A stretch of DNA of 64,000 nucleotides from assembly GCA_021613535.1 (NCBI GenBank), contig CP075493.1:9734001-9798000 (forward strand). The letters run 5' to 3'. The notes under the pieces are model-generated. The model was not told the DNA's origin, did no database searches, and saw only the letters and a program-made list of their open reading frames with translations. Below are positions 1 to 11,583 of this stretch, one piece after another (the first letter of the stretch is position 1; the number at the start of each line of letters is the position of its first letter). The position numbers were made by a program, and so were the translations under genes. The DNA comes from Adineta vaga. Taxonomy: Eukaryota; Animalia; Rotifera.

Positions 1-19
1 CTTTTGTCTTTTGATTTAG

Positions 20-260
20 GTGTTGGAAATGACAATGATCTGTATCGGTTGGAAACAACAAGAGATGAAGAAATGAAATCGAAATATTATGATCCAATCA
101 GTCATTTTCCTGATAAGATGGATGAACTGTTGGATGCATTGAATCGAGTAGGATAGTTTGTTTTGGAAGCTCATTGATGCAATTTTGCGTGTTGTAGGTG
201 TATATGGATCAACAAAGTTCTATATCAACGAAAGAATCACAATCAATGCCTTTGATGTGA
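20..260 (+). CDS. 3' end (last two exons, 20-147 and 198-260) of a polycystin-1-like (PKD1L/REJ-type) gene; the rest lies upstream of the window
   Basis: Exon GVGNDNDLYRLETTRDEEMKSKYYDPISHFPDKMDELLDALNR is flanked by ttag/gt. It is ~95% identical by hand count to exon 6706-6833 (minus strand) of the polycystin-channel copy. Last exon VYMDQQSS...LM-TGA. Confidence 0.75.
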
Positions 261-833
261 AATGCTTGTAGTATGAATGGATTCAACACGGAAAAAGGAA
301 ACAATTATTAGATGTTGTGAATGTGCTTTACTTGATATATTTATCTTTTTCACTTTGCTTTTTTGTAATGTTCGAGAGAAGTCTGCATGCAACCATTGAA
401 CTATAATAATATCATCGTCGTATTTACATAGTGTTCTCTTATGGTGTGGGATTGTGCATGAGGTGTCTGTTGAAGATATCTCGATGAGTTAACAAATGCT
501 TTTATATCTGATTTTCAATAGTCGTTACGAGAGGAACTTGGAATTAGACAAAGTGTTTGTGTCGAGTGTCGGCGATGTACTCATTTCATACTCTTGATAT
601 TCACTATGCTTACTTTGAGAGATTGATTCATTTTGAAAAGAAAACAAAAATTAAAATAATTACCAGTCCATAAATGTGTTCTTTAACGGTGAAGAGAAAA
701 TAGATATTAAACTGTATATTGTTCAACATTTTCTAATTTAATTCTTCGTTAGAATATACTCTAAAGGAAAATAATAGTTCTTTTTTTAAGTTGCTCTTTA
801 GATGAAAACAGAAACCAATTGAAATAAAGATTG

Positions 834-2248
834 CTATGCTGAAGACATCATGTCTAGATATTGAACAAGACCATCTTTATATTGCCCAGCACCCTAAAAT
901 TAGAAAAACAAAATAGGGTAACTTATCGAGTTATTTTTCTAATCAAATTTCATGTCTGAATATTTCCTTCTAATATACTACATTACGATAGACTCAACGA
1001 ATGGAGTCATCTATCTTTCTATTTATGTAAAGTAAGAAAACTTATTCTTTACTTTATATTCAATCATTTCTGGTGGCCAATTTCTTACAGCACCCGCTAA
1101 ACGTTTGGCTGTCTCTGGTTCGTTTCTACAAACATCTTCCATTTTTGTCATATGTGTTTTAATTGTAAATAGAATTGTATTCGATTTTGGTAAGCGTCTT
1201 AATGTTTGTCGTTCAGTACGAAGATACATCAGTTCACCTGCTGTATCCTTCGTAATCAATCTTGAATCCTTTTCATCGATTGCTGTATGACAAAGTTCAT
1301 TGCCAATCTGTACTAAAGATCGATAGACAAATGATGATGTAGTATATGAAGATTAGAACATACATGTCCAATTCACACGTTGAACAGGATTTTCTACTTT
1401 AAGTTTGAGAAAATATCTGTCCATTGATGTTCGTAGTTTTTCTTGAAAAAATGGCACATGAGGCATATGAACTGATGCTAGTGGTAAGCCACATTTTGAT
1501 TTTGGTAACCATCCAGATGGAAAACAAACGGCTAATGCCTGTAAAATAAGAAGAAAAACTCTTTTTCGTTCATTTAATCATCGATTAAAATAAGAATATA
1601 AATACATTTGCATAATATGTTTCTTCATTAGCAGCTCGTTGCATAATTACAAGATCCTCTTGTACAAGTAATGAAGCTATTTCCAATGGATGTTTATGAT
1701 TTGCTTCTGTTAAATCAAATAGTTTTCCAGTAATAAGATTAGTTATTTGTGTTTTCGAATGATTTCTTTGAAACATATTTGGATATTGATATGGAAGATG
1801 TTCAATCAACATTTGTAAGGTTTCCATAGCACCAGCATATGCTTCATCTTTACATATAAATATGTCACTTCGACGATTACTATTCAATAATTTTTGTTTC
1901 AATATTAATTCTTCGCGATAATTTCGATCAATTTGTATCCATTCAAGAATATTCAAGGATTGAAGTCCTAGATTAATGAATAGAAATTTTACAAATAAAT
2001 CATTATATTACCCATTGTCATTTGAAATGGACCATCTCGAAATGGACGATACCTAATTATTGGCATTTTATCAGGCGATTGTTCTAGAATTTAATTACAT
2101 ATTTATCTGTTTTATTTCATTTCACGAAACAATTATTATTACCGAGATTGGCATTTGGATTAATGGAATCATTTGATTCAATTTTAAAGTATGAAAATAA
2201 GAAATAAATAACGACAACAATAATCGTTACATACACAAGAGCAATCAT
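834..2248 (-). CDS. DUF3445 / heme-dependent oxidative N-demethylase alpha-subunit-like protein with N-terminal membrane anchor (multi-exon)
   Basis: Spliced translation contains YRPFRDGPFQMTMGL, EWIQIDRNY, LLVQEDLVIM, AVCFPSGW, SVHMPHVP, PVQRVNWT and LRTERQTLRRLPKSNTILFTIKTH, all recalled DUF3445 motifs. Start MIALVYVTIIVVVIYFLF. Confidence 0.85.
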
Positions 2249-2600
2249 TGTGATAACAAAGTTATAATTTTAACTTTCAAATGTACTTTCTTAATATAAC
2301 ATCATCGTAACTTGTAAGATATATCAGTAGAAGAATGAGAAGAAAAAAAGAAATAAACATAATTTGTTTCTTTTTAGATAACAATGATTCACTGAGATGA
2401 GTATATTACGTCTTTATGTTACAAAATAGAAGATATCAACTAAAGAGAAAATATCCGTTTTGAGCACATCTTACAAGTTACAAACTGTATTATGTATGCA
2501 TGAAGTGATAATATTTTTTTTATTTTCGCAAAAAAAATACATTGAAAATTGAAAAGTAAATTGAAATAAAATGGACGGATAGAAAATGTTATTTTTCATT

Positions 2601-4306
2601 CTAAAATAAATGTGAATATGTACGTTTCTTATCAGTAGGATTTTGTTTTTGTGCAATACGTCTTGATCGATCTTGTTCTCGATTTGATTTTAATTTTTGA
2701 TTAATAATATATTCTGATTCTTGTCCACATTCTGTCATACGTAAATCAAGATATAATAATGTATTATTTTCTTGTAAATTTTCTTGCAATGATTTGCCAC
2801 TATCACTACCTAAACGATTAGCACTAATATCAATTTTAATGAGTGTTTCATTTTGACGAAGAATTTCAGCTAATTTTGTTCCAGTTTGTTCGGAAAGATT
2901 ATTTGAAGATAAATTGACTTCACGTAATGATTGATTGATAGATAGCGCTAAACAAATAGCACGACCACCATCATCACCAATACGATTTAATCGAATATTT
3001 AAATAATCAATTGTATTGGATTTAGTTATACCATAAGCAATTGCTTGTGCACCTGAAACAAGTTATTATCATTTCTAATCTACGATTTTGACATATTTTT
3101 TACCTTCAAGACCAATAAGATTGTTACATAAATTCAATCGAACTAGTTTTGAATGTCCATTAAGTAATTTGGCAATAGCTCGACAGCCACCTATATATAA
3201 AATGATGACATTAATCTGTTTGAAAATGAAAGTTTTCTTTGCTTTACGTACGATCACCAATTTGATTATGTTCAAGATTAAGTTCTTGTAAGGTTGGATG
3301 ATCAAGTAAACTGTCTCTTACTAACATACGTATTTTAAGATCATCAACTTTACTTCGATGTAAATGTAAAACACGTAATGTTTTACATTGTTGAACAGCT
3401 TTAGCTAATATTTGACAATCTTTCTTTGTAAATTCAAACATTGTCCATTCAAAATTCATTCCACAACCTTTGACACCATAGACAACATGAAATTCTTCAA
3501 GATTTGGTAAACGTTTAATTAATTGAGTAAAATCAAAATGATCACTTAATGGTTTCTTTATTTCGGCATCAGGATCATTCGGAGATTCATTCTCTTCATC
3601 ATCATCAAAATATTCATCATCATTGTGAAGTATTCGATCTTGTATTTCAACTGGTGGTAACAATTGTTTTATATCAAGTCTTTTGACATATTGAGCACCT
3701 GAAAAACAAATTTTGACAAAACAAAATAAATCATTGAACAACTCACATACCAAGATCAACATAATCAAATAATTTTTTCATATCATCTCTACCAGGTACA
3801 AAATTTTCAACAACCTCTTCAATATTTTTCTCAAAATAGAATCGTTTCCATGAATTATCATATTCCTTAATATCAACCACTCGCCATTTTTCCTTACAAC
3901 ATTTTTCCCAATAACTTTCATCTTCAATTATTGGTGCTGTGACTTTAAGTGGAATATTAGTTGATAAACTTTTTAATAATTGATCTCGATGTTTATCTAA
4001 TAATTCATCATATTTAGGATTTGTATCAAAACTTTTTACTAGTGAATTTAATGCTAAATCTGTTAATGCAGGAACGATACGTAAACTCCATTCCAGATCA
4101 TCAGCGATAATTCGACGAACAGGTTTTAATTCAGGGTTAACCATTGAATACTGAACTTCATTTTGAGCAGCTTCTTCGATTGGATTAGGTATATTTTCAC
4201 TGGTTGCTGCAGAAAGTTCAACCGTATCTGTTGTTGTTGCTCCTGCTGGTGCAACTGCAGTCTCAACAGATGCTGATATTACTGGAGTAGAAACCTCTTC
4301 AGACAT
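2601..4306 (-). CDS. TCTE1: Dynein regulatory complex subunit 5 (TCTE1/DRC5), LRR protein
   Basis: RRIIADDLEWSLRIVPALTDL..., YWEKCCKEKW and YGVKGCGMNFEW match TCTE1, followed by RNI-type LRRs. Three introns. Confidence 0.92.
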
Positions 4307-4431
4307 CTAAAAATACATAGTATAAGTAATAACAGAAACAAATTTACACATCATAACAATAATAATAATAATAAGACTATTGCGCACAAAATAAAGAGAC
4401 AAAAAAAAGTAATACAATTAAGTAATTTATT

Positions 4432-6022
4432 CTAATCATCATCGACTGGTGGCAACCAAAATATCTGAAAGAAAAATATATCCATTTGCTGTTTAAAAAT
4501 AATTCTATGCAAACCATATTATTCGATGCTGTTGCCAACATAAATGATTTCGGATTGAATTGCACTGTTTGAATAGAATCTGAACTATTATCAGTAGTTA
4601 ATGTGGTCAGTTTTTCACCATCAGCAGTGCGCCAGACATGAACACGACCATCTGTTGAACCTAGAAAAATAAATTTCAAAAATATGAAATCATGTTTTGT
4701 CTGCAGTTAAATATATGATAAAATTTTGATGACGAAGAAAGAACTTCAACTCATTATAAATCTACATCACAAAAGTTTATTCTTAAGAGAGCTATTGATG
4801 TAATCAAATGAAATCGTACTATATTTTATTAAGATGAATGATACATACCACAAAATACATATTTCGAATCAGGACTAAAGGAAGCTTCTAATGAAATATT
4901 TTTTGTATTTTGATGTCCCTTGAAATAAAAATAAATGGCATTGTACATTAAATGATTAGAAAAATGTTTTAATTCATTACAGTAAATGTATGTAGAAGTA
5001 CTCCACTGAATGCATCAACAAGTAATATTAATGAAGTGTTTGTAGAAACGAGAATCATTTTTCCATTAGGACTAAATTTTAAATGAGTCCATTCAAAATC
5101 ACCTTCACATTCATATTTTAACATTTCAAAAGGTCCCTGTAAACAAAAAAACAGTTTTTTTTATTCAACATAGAATCACGAAAATCGAGAAGTAATCTTT
5201 CTACTTTTTCATGATTCCGAATATCATATAATCCAATAATTTGTGAATCAATTCCAACACCAAATGCTAATCCATCTGGATCATAATCTACCACTGGATT
5301 TCCTGGTGTTATGATCAAGCCCTATTTCAATTGATAATGATTAACTCAACATATGGTATGTTTTCGTAGTTATTTACTTGACAAAGTGCACTTCGTAAGT
5401 CCCATAGACGTACAGTTCGATCAGCTGATGCTGAAAGAAATGATTTATCAATTGGTGAAACAGCTAGACTTCGTACTCTATAATAAACATCGTTATTATT
5501 CAATATAAATGAATATTCTTTTAAAGGTCGTACTTTTTCGTATGTCCTGTATAATAACGAATATATTTACTATCTGACAATGATAGATATCGAATACTAT
5601 CTACAAGAAAAAATAAAATAAAGAAGACAAATTCGACAACAAGTTTTATCTTACCATCAACTTTCATTGAACAATGAAGTGCTTGTTCACCACTTCGTGT
5701 GAATCGTATCATATCACAACCATATTTTTTACTTGGAATTGGTCGTTTTGGTCTAAACTTAGCCTTTAATGAAAATTTTCATTAGAAAAAATATATTCTT
5801 ACAATCCAGCTTCACAATCATATACAACAATTGTATCATCATCTGAACTCGATATGAGCAAATCACCTACATAAAAAAAGAGAACTCACCAAAATGAACA
5901 ATATTAAAATGTAAAATTAACCAACCGTTTTTATTGAAATCACATGCATTTATTCGTTCAGTATTCTCACGAAAAACTTTTGTCATACGAAATGATTTCA
6001 CATTCGTATCATTAATCAACAT
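4432..6022 (-). CDS. WDR82: WD repeat protein 82 (SET1/COMPASS, PTW/PP1 subunit); a short upstream coding exon near 6108-6123 is possible
   Basis: SFRMTKVFRENTERIN, SSSDDDTIVVYDC, SKKYGVDMIRFT, IRYLSLSDSKYIRYYTGH, and C-terminal FWLPPVDDD-stop. Confidence 0.93.
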
Positions 6023-6309
6023 TTCTTGATTTGATTTGATTGAAGAAACAGGCAGAAATGTCTTTCACACAACTTCCAATCTTTTGTTGCTAGGGATGTG
6101 TTTTACCATCATGACTTGCGACATCTTTCGATAGATTATTGTATTGGTTTTCATTAATAACGATATCAATAATTTCCATTGTTCTTTTGACCACTTAATT
6201 CGTACAATTCTATAAACAAAAATTATTCTCAACTTAATTTTCTTATTCAAACGAGCCTATTTATAATCCTATGTAAAGTAACAATTTCAATGACAACGCC
6301 ATTGTGCTT

Positions 6310-6319
6310 CTGATTGGTC
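6310..6319 (-). promoter_or_regulatory. CCAAT box (GACCAATCAG) upstream of the WDR82-DRC5-DUF3445 cluster
   Basis: ctgattggtc on + is an NF-Y-type motif a few hundred bp upstream of the WDR82 ATG. Confidence 0.35.
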
Positions 6320-6428
6320 AATGCTGAGCATGCTGTCGTGCATTATCAGTTATCAACTTTCGTTGTGAAATATTTTTTTCTGCTAATCTATACAGAACAA
6401 TTTTAAAAGAACGGCATCTAATTATTTC

Positions 6429-6645
6429 AGGGTGTGTGGGTAGGAGTCAAAAATATATACTCCCATCCACACCTCCCAACTCTGAACAATAAACACATTT
6501 TTTGGTCCCAATGTTGAAAAAACTTCTATATAATGAACACATGTGAAATGAAGTAATGCGCACGAATGAAACAATCGAGGATAATAAAAAAGGGTGAGAA
6601 TGTGAGTGTAGTATATCTTTTGACTCCGACCCCCACCGACACCCT
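6429..6645. mobile_element. MITE-like non-autonomous DNA transposon (~217 bp) with imperfect terminal inverted repeats
   Basis: Left end AGGGTGTGTGGGTAGGAGTCAAAAATATATAC versus reverse complement of right end AGGGTGTCGGTGGGGGTCGGAGTCAAAAGATATAC. The ends are GC-rich in an AT-rich background, and no convincing gene lies inside. No target-site duplication seen. Confidence 0.6.
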
Positions 6646-8870
6646 CAAGATACACCTACAACACTCAAAATTCCATCAATTATCATACAAAAAAGACTAT
6701 CATACTCGATTCAACGCATCCAACAGTTCATCCACCTTATCAGGAAAATGACTGATTGGATCATAATATTTCGATCTCATTTCGTCATCTCTTGTTGCTT
6801 CCAACCGATACAGATCATTGCCATTTCCAACATCTAAATCAAACAACAAAAGACATTTCGATTTGCATCTCGGAATGATCCATCTCATCACATACCAATC
6901 CATCGTTTTAGTTTGTCATACATAAATGATAAGATATGTTGATCATGTTTTGCTTGCATTTTGCTTGCATCTCTCACCACACGAAAACTCTCATTGATAA
7001 TTGTCAGAAACATACTCATACAAATGAATACGACAATGACGATGAAGAGACTGAAACAAAATGGACCAAGAAATGCTGCTGCACCACTCAATTCCTGTAC
7101 ATCAAATTTCATCAATGTCATTTCGAATAACATTTGTGTAGTGTGTAACACACTTGCACAAGTCGATAGTTTGGAAACAAACAAGAGATAGAAGAGAATG
7201 ACGAATGCCATGAATACAATGGTAAACATGCATCCGAACGAGAGAAGTTCATTGGCAGCATATCGAAGTGTTCGTGCAAATAACATGAGACGATGATTGA
7301 AACGACACAGTTTTACGAACTTGATCGTTGCAAAGAAACATGAAAATGCGAGTAAATATGTGAAGAGATCATTGATATAGACAGCTAATTGAAGATTCAT
7401 AAAAACATATCCATTGGTTTGTTCGAATAGTTGACCGATGCGAAGTGATTCACGATATCGCCAGATGTAAATGGCAACATTTGTCCATGAACAAACAATG
7501 ATGCCAACATTGATGAATGACCAGAATTGACAAAAGTATTTCAGTTTCAGTTTCATCACCGATTTCACTTCTCCAATCATCATATGAACAATGAACATCA
7601 TGTAGAAGATGGTACAAATCAATTGCGACAATGATCTGAACACTAAAGAGAAGAGAAACGAGCATGTGAGGAAGACTACACGAAACTCGTAAACATATCC
7701 ATCACTATTGTATGTATGATGATTGCCAATTGTGAGATATGTATCTAGTTGATCACTTGTTTGATAGTGAAATGCTTGTTGAATGGATGAACTAAATGAT
7801 TTCGTCGATGTTTGATTGTTTGAGTGAAGATAAGGAATCCATCCTGGTTGAAATAATTGTTTTTCTTGATCGGAGAAACTATAGTCATGAGTACAGTGAG
7901 TGAAGAGATGTTGCATGGATGAGAATGATTTGAAGTGACATGAATGTGATTGAATTCTAAGTTGTCTCATTGTAATCCATCCAATTAATCGATTAGATTT
8001 GTCATTGATGAAACCAGAGAGATTTCTAGGTAGATCTCCATTGTACCATTGTTGTGCACGAATATTGTCAATAAAACTCGTTTCTAACCAATTCCAATAC
8101 TGATCGATAGTTGAAATCTAAACAATGAAGCTTTGTCTTTTCTTTGGAGTAGTGATGGAAGAGGAGGGTTGACTCACCTTTGTATAATCATTGTTGATCT
8201 GTTTGGTGTTGTGAAAGAATTGTCGAAGATGATGAACTTGATAGAATGCATGTTGATTACTGTTGGAATAGGTGATGACAAAGAGAAGAGCAAGAAAGGT
8301 GAACTAAGTATCGAATGTAAGCAAGTTCAGTTTGATCCAAACGATGAGGTCGAGTTTTGGATCGATGGAGAAATGGTGAATCATTGTTGAGTTGAGGATG
8401 ATCTTCGTCGATGAACTCGGCTGCTTCTTGATCTTTGTCTGTATTTCGAATGAAGAAGGCAAAGATGATTATCACTGCTATTCAGTGATCGTTTAATCAC
8501 TTGATGATCGTCACCTAAAGAACAATACAGAGAATCGTTCTTGTCAATAAAAAGATCGTAACATTTTCCACCAGTGTATAATGTGGAAATATTGATTGAT
8601 TGATTAAATGTCCATGTAGCCACACCATAATTATTATTATCTACATAGATAGTACCATCATCAGTGGCAGACAGACTCACTGGATAAGTATTGTTCCTAA
8701 CAGCGAGTGTTGTTGGAACTGAAGAGTCGTTAAACCATACTTGAACCAGACTAAGTTGTTGGTTAGCAACGTAGGCGATGTTATTGTTGTTTATGAAAAT
8801 ACCATAAGGGTATGTGCCAACTGTATTGTTGTCTGCAAAAGTGATTGCTGTTGTAGCTGAAAATAGGAAA
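6646..8870 (-). pseudogene. NHL-repeat/polycystin-channel (PKD1L-type) pseudogene with multiple internal deletions
   Basis: An NHL/beta-propeller segment (AITFADNNTVGTYPYGIFIN...CYDLFIDKNDSLYCS) is joined out of frame at ~8470 to TM/polycystin segments (YSNSNQHAFYQVHHLRQFF, RLIGWITMRQLRI, GYVYEFR, LCRFNHRL, LGPFCFSLFIVIVVFICMSMFLTIINESF). There is a frameshift at ~8310, a missing segment at ~7680, and the last exon is cut at the MITE. Confidence 0.75.
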
Positions 8871-10023
8871 CATCCTTCACAATCATTTAAGAACGTGTTA
8901 AACCAGATATGCCAGAAAGTCAAGTTGAACAATGCGTTTTTATTTGGTCGCATGGACAACAACTAGCACTAAATACGATTTGCTCTTGTATCGCATCTAT
9001 ACGAGTTTCTCTTCAGTATTAATCCTATCTTACCTGCATTTGTTTCTATTACTAGTTCGATGATATTGCCAATGGTAACTTTATTGTTCACTGCTCATTT
9101 GCAAAGAAGTTTCATAACGTGAAATAAAAGAATACTTCAAAGCCATGATTATCCTGTCCTTACTGTCCGACAAATATTAATCTGTACTTAAATGATTTAC
9201 CTTTCTTTCCATTGATGATCAATAGAATAAACGTCCACAAACCTAAGCTATTCATGGATAGCATCCTTTCGAGGATATCTTTTAGTTATAGTATTGATCA
9301 GTAGGACGTTGAAATGTTTTTACTAGTATTTGCAACCGATTCTAATAGAGAAAAGTCTACAAATGACAACTGCATGTTTGTATTAGAATTTTTTCTTTAT
9401 GTTTAGTTTTATTCGGAATCGACGGTATAAACATCAATGTAAATAAATGGTCTATAGTCAGTTCTTTTTGTTCCAAACAATTCATATAATAAACCATCTG
9501 GAATGGTAACCTACACTTTCCGGAAATTACTAGTTAAGTTTTCGAAGAATAAATATTGATTTTTTCTTTAGATTGTAAAAAGACAATAAAAATATGTTTG
9601 TTTTCGTCTACACGATCTCTGTCAATTTTGACTAAACGTCTACTCTATCTTGCATGTTCAAATGGAGCCTACATGATCTGAGGTTACCTGTCATATAAAT
9701 ATCATACTAGAATTCGCGAATTATGAATACATGATGTATAGCGACGTCTACTATTGATCTATATTATTGGTAGGAAAGTTTATATATGTATAAGGACAGA
9801 ATTTAATTTCTACCTACATGAACATGAAGTGAAACGAAATGAGGTGTAATAATCATCGTTTTGTTTTTATAAACTTCTTGTATTTGTCTATTGTTACGCA
9901 AATCTTTGATTTCTTGTAGCTTTTTAAGCAATTTAGTATGTTAGTCTACGTTTTACTTTTTTCTTAATCAAGTAAACCGCAAAAATTGACTTGATTTTTC
10001 TTATTCTAGATAAAAACTTAAGA

Positions 10024-11246
10024 ATGACTTGGAATTCAGCTTGTAGTATTGCATCCGATGATGAGAGTTCTCGACATAGTTTTCTATCCGATTGTGATTC
10101 AGAATTTGATCTAAAACCACCACCACGATATCCAGCAGAAAAACGATCATATTCTACATCAAATAAAAATACGATCACTCGTCTTGAACCACCTTTAACA
10201 AGATCAAGAGCAAAGGCACTAGAAAAATCCATGAATTTAACACAACTATTACCACAACAAAAACGTCAATCAACATTACGACGTAGTATTGATACATTTA
10301 CTGGAATGGCATCAACATTAACGAATAGTTTAAATAATACATCGATTCTGTTTCCAAAACAAGAATCATCCAATGAACGGTTAGTTACTTGATAAAAAAA
10401 TATATCAAAAATAAAACAAAGATTCGATCATGTTTTTATTTTAAGAATATCAACTTCGCCATTGGATGGTGTTAATATATTAGCTGATCGATTCGAAAGT
10501 TGTAGTTTAGATGAAGGAAGATGTAAGAATTTTATTTTTCTTTCAAATAAAAATAATGTCAATATTTATTTTAATTAGTAAACAAAAATTGTCTTTGGCC
10601 AAGTCGAGAAACGAATAGTCATTATCAACGTCCTATAAATCCATCACTTTCCAATCAGATGTTTGGTACGAATTCAATTTCTCCGCTAAATAATTCCCCA
10701 TTATTTGCTCAATCATCATCACCTCTATTCGGTCAACAACAACAAGCTCAATTATGGTCTCGCTTTCGTTATGCTGCTTCAACTCTTCGTGATCACATGT
10801 CCATTGAACAAACTAATTCAAATCTTCAACAAGTTCCTTCGAATATCTTCACATCTAATCATAATTATCTATTTAATCTCAATGATCAATCTACTATGTT
10901 ATTACCTGCACAAACAGTACCAACTCGTTTATTAACATTCCCCAATCGTTCTCTATCATCATCATTGCAACCTCCAACCGAAGAATTATCATCTTCTCTC
11001 TTCAGACAACGCAAAACTACATCCACAACAGATCCGATACCATCTACACGTACAGAAGATGTTACTGTTCGTCAAATATCTTCATCCAAAGTCTTCTTTA
11101 CATTAACCATATTCATCATTGGTCTTACACTTGGTTATTTGTTAACAAATACACTACCACCGAGTATTGTTTGGACATTATGTATGAAATATTTGCATTA
11201 CTTATATATTTACCTTCAAGCTATATTGAATTACTTTACTAGTTAA
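10024..11246 (+). CDS. Uncharacterised S/T/Q-rich protein with C-terminal hydrophobic (membrane) segment; 3 exons
   Basis: ORFs 9991-10392 and 10659-11246 can be linked through GT-AG introns (~10380-10445, ~10523-10577). C-terminal VFFTLTIFIIGLTLGYLL. No family recognised. Confidence 0.7.
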
Positions 11247-11583
11247 TTATTGTCATATATAATTACTTTGTTGTTTTCTTTTTCTTTTTGTTAAGTTTAA
11301 TTTACGTACAGTGATATGTAATTGTTGTTGTTGTTGTTGTTGTTATTATTGTTCTTTCCTTTTCATTGTTGTAGTATCATCAGTTTTAAATAAAAATATG
11401 ATTTTGAAATTGTGATAACAAATTTTAAAAAAACACCGAATATTTTCTTAAATTAATCAATTCGATTGAAATACATGAATATGAATAAAGAGAAAGAAGA
11501 AGAAGAAGAAGAAGAAGAATAGAAAAAAAGTAATTGTATATTTTATTCCAGAAAGCAAAAGAATAGATGTGATAAGTAGATGT

